Part shown: in pieces, positions 24,781 through 33,842 of the stretch
How the letters are laid out: each line of letters opens with the position of its first letter
Position numbering within the stretch: position 1 is the stretch's first letter
From: Candidatus Eiseniibacteriota bacterium
GTDB lineage: Bacteria; Eisenbacteria; RBG-16-71-46
DNA: 64,000 nt
Reading direction: 5' to 3'
Assembly (NCBI GenBank): GCA_038231135.1
Contig: JBBRLX010000001.1
Span: forward strand, 32,001-96,000
Made by a program: the position numbers and the translations under genes
The notes under the pieces: model-generated
What the model saw: only the letters and a program-made list of their open reading frames with translations
Databases searched by the model: none
Told to the model about the DNA's origin: nothing

Positions 24781-25692
24781 TCACCTCAAGATCTGCGCCC
24801 CACCCGTATCGACGCCAGCGGAATCGCCCGCAGGCGTAGTCTCCGCTTCACCTGCTGCCGCCGGCGGAGCACCGTTGCCTCCGCCCGACGTATCCGCCGC
24901 CTTGGGCTTACCGCCGCCGAAGAGCCAGCCCAAGAACGACCCGTGCGGCGCCGCCGGTGCCGCGCGCCCGATCACCACCGCGTACTGATCCTGCGTCAGA
25001 TATCCGCGCCGCAGCATGCGCCCCGCGATCATTCGCACGCGCCGCTCGATGCGCCGCGGCGGATGGAGCACGGAGAACCGGCGGGGGTTGATGATCACCG
25101 CCGCGAGCAGCACCGCCTGGCGTTCGTTGAGATGGCTCGCGGACACGCCATAGTAGTGTCGCGCGGCGGCCTCGGCGCCGAACACGCCGTCGCCCCATTC
25201 GATCAGGTTCAGGTACAGCTCGAAGATCCGGTGCTTGGACAGGGCGCGCTCGAGCCGCATGGCGAGGAACGCCTCCTCGAGCTTGCGCGTGATCGTGCGC
25301 GAATCGCCGAGGAACACGTTCTTCGCGAGCTGCTGGGTGATCGTGCTGCCGCCGCGCACCACTTTGCCGCGCTCGAGGTTGGTCTTCGCGGATGCCTTGA
25401 TCTCGTCCCAGTCGAGGCCGTCGTGGCTGTAGAACTTGTCGTCCTCGGCGATCAGGATCGCGCGCCGCAGCTCGGGCGACACGGCAGAGTAGGGCACCCA
25501 GCGCTGGTCGATGCGCAGCGTTGCGCCCTTCGACCGGGCCTCGCGCTCGCGCTGGCGCATCATCGCGGTGGTCTTCGGCGCGGAATTCGCGAGCGCGTCC
25601 ACCGGGAACGTGCGCACGCGCACGGCGGAGATTGCGGCGAGCAGCAGCACCACGGCCGCGATCACCAGCAGTGCCACGCGCAGTCGCTTCAT
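24781..25692 (-). CDS. mtgA: Monofunctional biosynthetic peptidoglycan transglycosylase
   Basis: AEDDKFYSHDG, RGGSTITQQLAKN, RKLEEA, ELYLNLIEWG; ATGA overlap with the upstream phosphatase. Confidence 0.92.
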   Translation of the reverse strand: MKRLRVALLVIAAVVLLLAAISAVRVRTFPVDALANSAPKTTAMMRQREREARSKGATLRIDQRWVPYSAVSPELRRAILIAEDDKFYSHDGLDWDEIKASAKTNLERGKVVRGGSTITQQLAKNVFLGDSRTITRKLEEAFLAMRLERALSKHRIFELYLNLIEWGDGVFGAEAAARHYYGVSASHLNERQAVLLAAVIINPRRFSVLHPPRRIERRVRMIAGRMLRRGYLTQDQYAVVIGRAAPAAPHGSFLGWLFGGGKPKAADTSGGGNGAPPAAAGEAETTPAGDSAGVDTGGAQILR

Positions 25693-27005
25693 GCCCCGCC
25701 GTGCTCGGCCACCACCACCACGGTCATGTCGTCGCTCTGGACCGCGCGGCCGCGGAATTTCTCGACGTCGGCGAACAGTCCGTCGATCACCGGCAGCGGC
25801 AGCGACGCCGCGTGCCGGCTCCAGAACGCCTTGAGCCGGTCCTCGCCGTACTCCTCGTTGCGCCGGTCCAGCGCCTCCGAGATGCCGTCGCTGTAGAGCA
25901 ACAGCGCGTCGCCGGCGCCGAACGACTCCTCGCCCGTCGGATACGCGGAGTCGTCGATGATCCCGAGTGGCAGCCCGCCCACGGTCAGCTCGACGAGCGA
26001 CCCGTCGCGCCGCTTGAGCAGGGGATAGTTGTGGCCGGCGTTCGAATAGAACAGCCGGCCGCGCACGAGGTCGATCTCGGCGTAGAAGAACGTGATGAAC
26101 TTGCCGCTCGAAGCGCTTCGCAACACGCTGTGGTTGATGCTCTTCACGGCGTCGGCGATGGGATTGCGGCCGTCGCAGAACGCGCGCAGCGATGCCAGCA
26201 CGCTCGACATCAGCAGCGCCGCCGGCGTGCCCTTGCCCGACACGTCGGCGATCGCCACACCGATGCGGCCGGGGCCAAGCAGGAAGTAGTCGAACGCGTC
26301 GCCGCCGACCTCGCGGGCAGGAACGATGCGCCCCATCGCCTCCCACGCGCCCTCGCGCAGCGGCCTGGCCGGCACCAGCGACATCTGGATGTCGCGCGCC
26401 TGGTTCAGCTCACGCTGCATCGTCTCGGCCTCCTCAGCCAGCCGGCGGCGCTCGTGCGCCTCGACGCGCAGCCGGGCCTGCTCGATCACGCCCGCGGAAC
26501 TGCTCGCCACGATCGTGAGCAACTGGAGATCCTGAGGCGTCCAGTCGTGGCCGGGCTGGGCGAACGTCACCGCTAGCATGCCGGTGAACCGGTTCTCGAC
26601 CTTGAGCGGCACCGCGAGCACTGCGCGGATGCGGGTGTCGGCGCCCTTGAGCGCCACGAACCGCGGGTCGGCGGTCAGGTCGGGGGTGGCGAGCGGCTCG
26701 TTCTTCGCCATCAGGAACCCCATCACGTTCGTGGCGATCGCCGGCGGCCACGAGCCCGAGGACTTGCCGGGGTCACGCTGCGCCACCAGCGTCTTCACGG
26801 TGGGCTCGGTGAGCTCGGGCCCCAGCAGCTTGATGCTGCCCTCGTCGGCACCGAACATCGCCGTCGTCTTCTGCACCATCCAGTCGAGGATCGGCTGCAG
26901 CTCGGTGTGCGACGCGACGACCGTGCTGAGCTCGGTGAGGAACTGGAGCTCCGCCATCAGGCGCTGCACGTCGGGCGTGGCGGCGGTCTGCGGGTTCGTG
27001 GTCAC
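25689..27005 (-). CDS. GAF-domain SpoIIE/RsbU-like PP2C phosphatase
   Basis: VGGDAFD, IADVSGKG, NAGH, LYSDG, DDMT; GAF motif LAVPL; GTG start after AAGGA. Confidence 0.9.
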   Translation of the reverse strand: MTTNPQTAATPDVQRLMAELQFLTELSTVVASHTELQPILDWMVQKTTAMFGADEGSIKLLGPELTEPTVKTLVAQRDPGKSSGSWPPAIATNVMGFLMAKNEPLATPDLTADPRFVALKGADTRIRAVLAVPLKVENRFTGMLAVTFAQPGHDWTPQDLQLLTIVASSSAGVIEQARLRVEAHERRRLAEEAETMQRELNQARDIQMSLVPARPLREGAWEAMGRIVPAREVGGDAFDYFLLGPGRIGVAIADVSGKGTPAALLMSSVLASLRAFCDGRNPIADAVKSINHSVLRSASSGKFITFFYAEIDLVRGRLFYSNAGHNYPLLKRRDGSLVELTVGGLPLGIIDDSAYPTGEESFGAGDALLLYSDGISEALDRRNEEYGEDRLKAFWSRHAASLPLPVIDGLFADVEKFRGRAVQSDDMTVVVVAEHGGA

Positions 27006-27211
27006 GGGCAGGTCCTTGGCACGAGGGCACGGGTTCGCGGCCTGATGGCGGCGTGGTGGGGAGTCTAGGGCCGCCGTTTGGCCCCCACAAGGACCGGCCG
27101 CGGGCGGGGTGCCGAGCCGCGGAAACACCGCGGCAAAGTTGCTGTCACGGCGGGCGCTGCCTATACTGCCGCGTTCGCCTGCGCGTTCCGCTCCTGGCTC
27201 AGAGATCCGCC

Positions 27212-28012
27212 ATGACGACCTCCACGATGCCGACCTACCAGAATCTGCTGATCGAGCGCGCCGGCGCCGTCACGGTGCTGCGCATCAACCGGCCGGACGT
27301 CCTGAACGCGCTCAACCGCGCGACGCTGACCGAGATCGAGGCCGCAGCGCGCGCGTTCGTCGCCGACGATGCCCAGGCGGCGCTGATCGTCACGGGCGCC
27401 GGCGACAAGAGCTTCATCTCGGGCGCCGACATCAACGAGCTCGCGGTGCTCGGCCCCGCGGCGGCCGAGGACATCTCGCGGTTCGGCCAGCGGGTGCTCG
27501 AGGTGCTCGAGCGCTCGCCCAAGCCGGTGATCGCCGCGGTGAATGGCTACGCGTTCGGCGGCGGCTGCGAACTGGCGCTGGCGTGTCACATGCGGCTCGC
27601 CAGCGAGAACGCGGTGCTCGGGCTGCCCGAGGTGAGCCTGGGCATCATCCCGGGCTACGGCGGCACGCAGCGGCTGCCGCGGCTGATTGGCGCCGGGCGC
27701 GCGCTCGAGCTGATGCTGTCGGGTGGCAGGGTCAAGGCCGACGAGGCGGTGCGCATCGGCCTCGTGAACCGCGTGGTGCCGCGCGAACAGTTGATGGACG
27801 AGGCGATGAAGCTGGCGCAGGCGATCGTCAAGAACGGCCCGCTCGCGGTGTCGGCGGTGCTCGAGGCGGTGCATCGCGGGCTCCAGCTGCCGCTCGATCA
27901 GGGCCTGCGGCTCGAGAGCGGCCTGTTCGGCATCCTCGCCGCGAGCGAGGACATGCACGAAGGCCTGAACGCGTTCCTCGAGAAGCGGCCCGCACGGTTC
28001 CAGCGCCGATGA
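27212..28012 (+). CDS. Enoyl-CoA hydratase (crotonase family)
   Basis: NRPDVLNALN, FISGADI, AFGGGCELALACH, GLPEVSLGIIPGYGGTQRL. Confidence 0.92.
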   Translation: MTTSTMPTYQNLLIERAGAVTVLRINRPDVLNALNRATLTEIEAAARAFVADDAQAALIVTGAGDKSFISGADINELAVLGPAAAEDISRFGQRVLEVLERSPKPVIAAVNGYAFGGGCELALACHMRLASENAVLGLPEVSLGIIPGYGGTQRLPRLIGAGRALELMLSGGRVKADEAVRIGLVNRVVPREQLMDEAMKLAQAIVKNGPLAVSAVLEAVHRGLQLPLDQGLRLESGLFGILAASEDMHEGLNAFLEKRPARFQRR

Positions 28013-28476
28013 ACCTCATGCCTCCGGTGACCGTGAACGGTGGCGTGGTGAACGATCTCATCGCCATGCTGGTCTCGACGGTGCTCGGCACCATGGTGGG
28101 GTGGGAGCGCCAGCTCGGGCGCAAGCCGGCCGGGCTGCGCACGCACACGCTGGTGTGCCTCGGTTCCACGATGTTCGTGCTGGTGACGAAGCACGCGGTC
28201 GCCGACATCGGCGGCCCCAGCACGGATCCCACGCGCATCATCCATGGCGTGATCACCGGCGTGGGCTTCCTCGGCGCCGGCAGCATCATGCGCACCGAGG
28301 GCTACGTGCACGGGCTCACCACCGCGGCCAGCGTGTGGATGGTGGCCGCGATCGGCGTCGCGGTCGGCGTGCACTCCTACTGGCTGGCGCTGATGGGCAC
28401 GGTGCTCGCACTGATCGTGCTCGAATTCTTCCGCTGGGTCGAGCGCTTCATGTCGCCGCAGGACACCGACGGCTGA
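28009..28476 (+). CDS. MgtC/SapB family membrane protein
   Basis: GWERQ..KPAGLRTH, DPTRI...VITGVGFLGAG, GLTTAAS.W; ATGA-coupled. Confidence 0.9.
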   Translation: MNLMPPVTVNGGVVNDLIAMLVSTVLGTMVGWERQLGRKPAGLRTHTLVCLGSTMFVLVTKHAVADIGGPSTDPTRIIHGVITGVGFLGAGSIMRTEGYVHGLTTAASVWMVAAIGVAVGVHSYWLALMGTVLALIVLEFFRWVERFMSPQDTDG

Positions 28477-28569
28477 TTCGGACGCCGGGCGCGGGCTGCC
28501 TTCTGCGACCCGCGGGATCCCGCAGACCCCATCGATGAACCACGCGACCCCGGGCGGGACCGCGACCCG

Positions 28570-30384
28570 TCACCGCAGCCGCACCACCCGCTGGAACCGC
28601 ACGCCCCACAGCGTCACAAGCCGCGCGAAGTAGACGCCGGCCGGCGCCGGCGCGGCCGATGCGAGCTGACCGCTCCACAGCACGCGATGCTCGCCCGCGG
28701 TGAACGTGCCGTCCTGAGCCCGCCACACGCTGCGCCCCGCAAGGTCGAGTATGTCGAGCCGCGCGCGCCCCGCCTGGGGCAGCGTGAACCGCAGCGTCAC
28801 CGGACCGGTCGCGGGCACCGGCCACGGCCGGGCGAAGCTCAGCGCCGCCGCGGCGCCTGCGGGGACGCCGGTGTCCTGCACGATGTGGAACGCGGAGTCG
28901 CTGACGGCGACCGCGGTGTTGAGGCCGGGATCGTACGCGGTGACGCGCACGAACGCGCTGTCGCACGAGACGTTCGGCGCCGACCACGTGTAGAGGCCGG
29001 AGTTCGGGACGCCCGCGATCCGGATCCAGGGGCCGCCGCTGCCGTGCAGCGAATATTCGATCCGGAGCGAATCGACGTTCAGGTTGTCGTCGGCGCTCCA
29101 CATCACATCCTGGTCGCTGGCGCCGTACCAGGACTCGCCACCGACCGGCGCGATCAGGCTCACGATCGGCGGCGACTGGTCGGCGATCGTGAAGCGGCCG
29201 CTGATGCCGCTGCCGACGTTCCCCGCCGCGTCGCGGCCGGTCACACGTACGCGTGCCTGGGCGCTCACGAGGTGCGGGAGGTTCCACGCCCTGGAGCCGC
29301 TGTTCGCGATGTTCGTGGCGATCGCGGTCCAGTGCGCGCCGTCGTCGAGCGAGTAGTGGACGTCGACGCTCGTCACCGCCAGGTTGTCGATCGCGGTCCA
29401 GGTGATCGTGTGCGCGCTGCCGGCGGCCCACGTCACGCCGCCCGCGGGCGAGGTGACGGTCACGGTCGGCGGGCTGGTGTCGGCCAACGGCCGGCGCGTC
29501 ACCCATTGCGTTCCGTTCAGGAACAGCACGCTATCCTTGCCCCCGGCTTCCGCCCAGCCGTTTTGCACGTTGGAGCCGTCCGATGCGCTCCCGTCGTCGG
29601 CGGGCGAGCTGTCGGTAACGAAGAACACCCGTCCGATGCCGTACATGGCCTGTGCCGCCATGACCGCGCCGTTGCCCTGCGGCGTGGCGCTGCGCCAGAC
29701 GTTGCCGCGCACGCTGGGGTTGATCGCGGGGTAGAGCGTCATCGAGGTGCCGTTGTGGAATGCGAGCGCGTCCACCACGCCATTGGGCCCGTGGATGATC
29801 GAATCGTCGGGCGCCGTGTCCACGTTCAGCGACGTCTCGCTGAAGTTGCCGGCCGCCGAGACGTCGAACGACACGCCGAACAGGTGCTGGGTGTCGAGCG
29901 CGTTCAGGGCGCGGGGTGAGTCGACGCCGTCCGGGGGGTTGTTGCGGTCCGAACCGATGTGGTCCGAGATCGCCACCAGGCCGCCGCCGTTCCGGACGAA
30001 ATTGAAGATCGCCGTGGACTCGGCCACCGTGAACGAGGTGTTGGGCTCGTTCTCGATGAACACGTCGTAGTTCGACAGATCGTAGGGATTGAGGGCATTG
30101 CCGTACGTGATGCCGTAGACGGTGGTGAGCGTCACCACCGTGTACCCGCGCTTGACGAGCTGCACACCCCACGCGGAATTCGCGCCGCTCCAGTAGGTCT
30201 CGGGCGTGCTCCAGGTGATGCCGCTCTGCGGCGGCGACGGCACCGGCTGGTCGTTGTCGATGATCCAGTTCGCGTTGCCGGCGGTCTGCGAGTGGGTGTT
30301 GTCGAACAGCGCCCGGGGCGGCGCGGCAGCGGCCGGGGCGGCCACCAGCAGGAGCAGCAGGGCGAAGCCGTGAAGCAGGCGCAT
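28570..30384 (-). CDS. Secreted protein with a class-I glutamine-amidotransferase-like (DUF4350-like) domain, two Ig-like repeats and FlgD-Ig C-terminus
   Basis: LFDNTHSQTAGNANWIID, EPN..FT..E..AIFNFVRNGGGL..SDH; two P.GG..W..GS...I.W repeats; DLAGRSV...PAGVYF. Confidence 0.7.
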   Translation of the reverse strand: MRLLHGFALLLLLVAAPAAAAPPRALFDNTHSQTAGNANWIIDNDQPVPSPPQSGITWSTPETYWSGANSAWGVQLVKRGYTVVTLTTVYGITYGNALNPYDLSNYDVFIENEPNTSFTVAESTAIFNFVRNGGGLVAISDHIGSDRNNPPDGVDSPRALNALDTQHLFGVSFDVSAAGNFSETSLNVDTAPDDSIIHGPNGVVDALAFHNGTSMTLYPAINPSVRGNVWRSATPQGNGAVMAAQAMYGIGRVFFVTDSSPADDGSASDGSNVQNGWAEAGGKDSVLFLNGTQWVTRRPLADTSPPTVTVTSPAGGVTWAAGSAHTITWTAIDNLAVTSVDVHYSLDDGAHWTAIATNIANSGSRAWNLPHLVSAQARVRVTGRDAAGNVGSGISGRFTIADQSPPIVSLIAPVGGESWYGASDQDVMWSADDNLNVDSLRIEYSLHGSGGPWIRIAGVPNSGLYTWSAPNVSCDSAFVRVTAYDPGLNTAVAVSDSAFHIVQDTGVPAGAAAALSFARPWPVPATGPVTLRFTLPQAGRARLDILDLAGRSVWRAQDGTFTAGEHRVLWSGQLASAAPAPAGVYFARLVTLWGVRFQRVVRLR

Positions 30385-30630
30385 GGCAGGTCCAGGGCTG
30401 GGTGTCGGGCGAGGGGGCGACTTGGCCCGGGGCAGGGCCGTTGAACCCATGAGTCTAGCACACGCCTCACGGCGTCCCCGGGGTTTCGGGGGCCGCCTCG
30501 ATGGGCTGGACCCGCCGGTTCCGCCGCCGTTAACCCGCGTGGGATTCAATGAACGCCGGCGCCGCGGATCGGCGTTTCAGCTCCGGCGGGGATGTGATCC
30601 CGGGCCGGTTTCCACCCGAGGGAGGCAGCC

Positions 30631-30693
30631 ATGGGCAGCGCGAACGCCGGTCACGGATGTCAGGATCGCGACGCGCACGTGGCGGTCAGCTGA
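30631..30693 (+). CDS. 20-aa ORF MGSANAGHGCQDRDAHVAVS coupled (TGATG) to the next gene
   Basis: GGGAGG RBS 5 nt upstream; its stop overlaps the next ATG. Confidence 0.4.
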   Translation: MGSANAGHGCQDRDAHVAVS

Positions 30694-30908
30694 TGCCGGC
30701 GCCGCTGGTCCTGGTGAATCCCGGAGAACCGCACACCGCGATCGCGAACGCGCTGCGGCTGGCCGCGGAAGGCAATCACGTGATCGAGTTCCGCTGCACG
30801 AACTGCATGGGAGTGATCGGGAGTCTCAGCGACGAGATCGCGTCCCTCGAGACCGGGATCCGCACCCAGCTGTGGGCCGCAATCGACCGTCACCGCTGCC
30901 CCCGGTGA
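30693..30908 (+). CDS. 71-aa hypothetical protein with a putative Zn site (CxxC...HxC)
   Basis: FRCTNCMG ... RHRCPR; GC3-rich codon usage. Confidence 0.55.
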   Translation: MPAPLVLVNPGEPHTAIANALRLAAEGNHVIEFRCTNCMGVIGSLSDEIASLETGIRTQLWAAIDRHRCPR

Positions 30909-30948
30909 GCCTGAGGTCGGCCCCGCCGGGCGCGGGCCCGCGCCCGCG

Positions 30949-32034
30949 CTAGACGCCGGCCCCGGACTTCGTCGCGCCTTCCAGCTCCTCCAGCACCAGT
31001 GCGCCGATCTGCCCGGTGCTGAGCCCCGAATCGGTCCCGAGCGACGGCAGCCGCCGGGACGACACCAGGCGCGCGACGGCGTCCTCGACGCGCTTCGCGG
31101 CCGCGGCTTCGCCGAGCCAGTCCAGCATCATCTGCACGGCCATGATCGCGGCGATCGGATTCGCGACGCCCTTGCCCGCGTACTTGGGGGCCGAGCCGTG
31201 GATCGGCTCGAACAACGACACCTGTCCCGGGTGGATGTTTCCCGACGCCGCAATGCCTAGCCCGCCCTGGATCATCGCCGCCAGGTCGGTGAAGATGTCG
31301 CCGAACATGTTGCTGGTGACCGCGGTGTCGTACTGCGCGGGATCGCGCACCACGTACATGCACGCGGCGTCGATGTACTGGTGGTCGCGCGTGATGTCCG
31401 GATATTCGGCGCCGACCTCGGCGAACGTGCGGGTCCACAGGTCCATCGCTCGCACGGCGTTCGCCTTGTCGATCAGCGTGAGCTTGTTCGCCTTGTTCCG
31501 GCGGCGCGCGAGTTCGAACGCGTAGCGGATCACGCGCTCCACGCCCTTGCGCGTGAAGATGATCTCCTGGGTCGCGACCTCGTCGGGCGTGCCCTTCTTG
31601 AAGAATCCGCGCATGCCCGCGTAGGCGTCCTCGGTGTTCTCGCGCACCACCACGAAGTCGACGTCCTTGGGGCCGGTGTCCTTGAGCGGGCACAGGTGCT
31701 CGGCGTAGAGCTTCACCGGCCGCAGGTTCACGAACAGGTCGAGCTCGAACCGCAGTTTCGCGATGATCCCGAACTCGAGCAGCCCCACCTCGATCCGGGG
31801 ATCGCCGATCGCCCCCAATAGAATGGCGTCGTGCTGCTTCACTTCCAGGAACGCCGGATCGGGGAAGATCTCCTTCGTGCGCAGGTAGTGCTCGGCGCCG
31901 AACGGATAGGGGGTGGTCGTGACGCGGAAGCCTTCGACCGCGGCCACGCGCTCGAGCACGCGCAACGCTTCGCGGACGACTTCTGGGCCGATCCCGTCCC
32001 CCGGGATCACGGCGATGCGATAGTCCCTGGCCAT
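30949..32034 (-). CDS. leuB: 3-isopropylmalate dehydrogenase (beta-decarboxylating dehydrogenase family)
   Basis: IPGDGIGPEV, VNLRP, RENTED.Y, NMFGDIFTD, FEPIHGSAP; GAGG RBS. Confidence 0.8.
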   Translation of the reverse strand: MARDYRIAVIPGDGIGPEVVREALRVLERVAAVEGFRVTTTPYPFGAEHYLRTKEIFPDPAFLEVKQHDAILLGAIGDPRIEVGLLEFGIIAKLRFELDLFVNLRPVKLYAEHLCPLKDTGPKDVDFVVVRENTEDAYAGMRGFFKKGTPDEVATQEIIFTRKGVERVIRYAFELARRRNKANKLTLIDKANAVRAMDLWTRTFAEVGAEYPDITRDHQYIDAACMYVVRDPAQYDTAVTSNMFGDIFTDLAAMIQGGLGIAASGNIHPGQVSLFEPIHGSAPKYAGKGVANPIAAIMAVQMMLDWLGEAAAAKRVEDAVARLVSSRRLPSLGTDSGLSTGQIGALVLEELEGATKSGAGV

Positions 32035-32405
32035 GCGACTCCTCTGAGTGTGGGGATGAAACCCCGCGTGCTGGGCGGCGTCTGATGGGTTGCCACCGGA
32101 CGCTAACAGAGGCTGCCGGAGTCCTCCAACACGACCATTTTTTCTCCGCTCGGTTGGAAAAATGTAGAAGTGGGATCTTCGTCCGTTTCCTGGCCTCCGT
32201 GGAACCATCGAATTTCAAATGACTTACGCGCGTCGCGAAGTCTGTAAGGTTGGCACGAATCTTCCGAAGGGACCGGAAATTCAAATTTCCACACCTTTCA
32301 CGTGAGCGCCGTCTCCGGGATCCGGATGAGCCCCGCACCGGCGATCCGCAGAGTGCCCTCGTCGAAGCGTTCTATATGTGCCGCCGCCCAACTCTCGAGG
32401 ACTTC

Positions 32406-33836
32406 ATGATCAAGACCGAGGCTCCGCCCAACGCGATCCAGGATGATCAACTGGTGGAACTGCTGACGGCGCTGACCGCGCTCAGGGAAGGCCGCCGCGA
32501 TGTGCGGCTGCCGTCGCAGTGGACCGGAGTCTCGGGCAAGGTGGCGAGCGCGTTCGCGGAAGTGGCCGAGCTCAACGAGCGCATGGCCGACGAGCTGGCG
32601 CGGCTGCGGCGCGTCGCCGGCCGCGAAGGAGGTTTGCGCCAGCGGCTGTCGGTCGGCGACGTGAGCGGCTTCTGGCGCGATTCGGTGGATTCGGTGAACG
32701 ACCTGATCGACGACCTCGTGTGCGACGACCGCAACAAGAGCGAATTCCTCGCGATGCTCGCTCACGAGCTGCGCAATCCGCTCGCGCCCGTGCGGAACGC
32801 GATCGAGGTCCTGAATCTGGACGGCCTTGCCCCGGACCGGCAGCAATGGGCGCGCGGCGTGATCGACCGGCAGATGCAACAGATGACCCGGCTGATCGAC
32901 GATCTGCTCGACATGAGCCGGATCACGCGCAACCAGCTCGAGCTGCGCCGCGAGCGAGTGACGCTCGCGGAGGTGGTGCAAGGCGCGATCGAGACCAGCC
33001 GGCCGCTGATCGAATCGCACGGTCACCGGCTCACGGTGACGCTCCCCGCGGAGCCCGTGTATCTCGAGGCGGATCTCACACGCCTCGCGCAGGTGCTGCT
33101 CAACCTGCTGAACAACGCCGCCAAGTACACGGAGAATGGCGGGCTCATCGAGTTGGAGGCGCGCCGCGGGGATGGCGACGTCGCGGTGGTGGTGCGTGAC
33201 ACCGGCATCGGGATCCCGCGTGAGCAACTGCCACGGATCTTCGACATGTTCACCCGGCTCGACCGCTCGCTCGAGAAGTCGCAGGGCGGGCTCGGCATCG
33301 GTCTTACGCTCGTGAAGCGACTGGTCGACATGCACGGCGGCACGATCACCGCCGACAGCGAGGGCCCCGGGCTCGGCAGCGAGTTCACGTTGCGGCTGCC
33401 CGTAGCCCGCCCGCCGGCAGCGGCGTCGCCGTCGCCGTCGAAACGCCTGGTCCGCGCCCCGCAGCCATTCCGGATCCTCGTCGCCGACGACAACACGGAC
33501 GCCGCCGACACGCTCGGGATGCTGCTCGAGAGCATGGGCCACAGCGCACGGGTCGCCTACGATGGGCTCGAGGCCATCGAGGCGGCGCAGGACTTCCAGC
33601 CCGAGGTCGCGTTCATCGACGTGGGCATGCCGCGACTGAACGGGCTCGACGCCTGTCGCCGGTTGCGCGCCGACCACGGCTCCGATGCGATGGTGCTGAT
33701 CGCGCTGACGGGCTGGGGACAGGACGAGGATCGCCGCCGGACGCGTGAGGCCGGCTTCGACCACCATATGGTCAAACCGGTCGATCCCACGCAACTCATC
33801 CGGATACTCGCCGAGCTGCAGGCGGTCCGGGGCTGA
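32406..33836 (+). CDS. Hybrid sensor histidine kinase/response regulator with a single N-terminal HAMP-like segment
   Basis: FLAMLAHELRNPL, NLLNNAAKYT, DTGIGI, GGLGIGL, receiver FIDVGMP...KP. Confidence 0.9.
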   Translation: MIKTEAPPNAIQDDQLVELLTALTALREGRRDVRLPSQWTGVSGKVASAFAEVAELNERMADELARLRRVAGREGGLRQRLSVGDVSGFWRDSVDSVNDLIDDLVCDDRNKSEFLAMLAHELRNPLAPVRNAIEVLNLDGLAPDRQQWARGVIDRQMQQMTRLIDDLLDMSRITRNQLELRRERVTLAEVVQGAIETSRPLIESHGHRLTVTLPAEPVYLEADLTRLAQVLLNLLNNAAKYTENGGLIELEARRGDGDVAVVVRDTGIGIPREQLPRIFDMFTRLDRSLEKSQGGLGIGLTLVKRLVDMHGGTITADSEGPGLGSEFTLRLPVARPPAAASPSPSKRLVRAPQPFRILVADDNTDAADTLGMLLESMGHSARVAYDGLEAIEAAQDFQPEVAFIDVGMPRLNGLDACRRLRADHGSDAMVLIALTGWGQDEDRRRTREAGFDHHMVKPVDPTQLIRILAELQAVRG

Positions 33837-33842
33837 GACCGG

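Noticed and set aside
32251..32265. sigma54-like TGGCACG-AATC-TTCC upstream of the hybrid kinase
   Set aside because: The -12 dinucleotide is CC, not GC; too weak to call.
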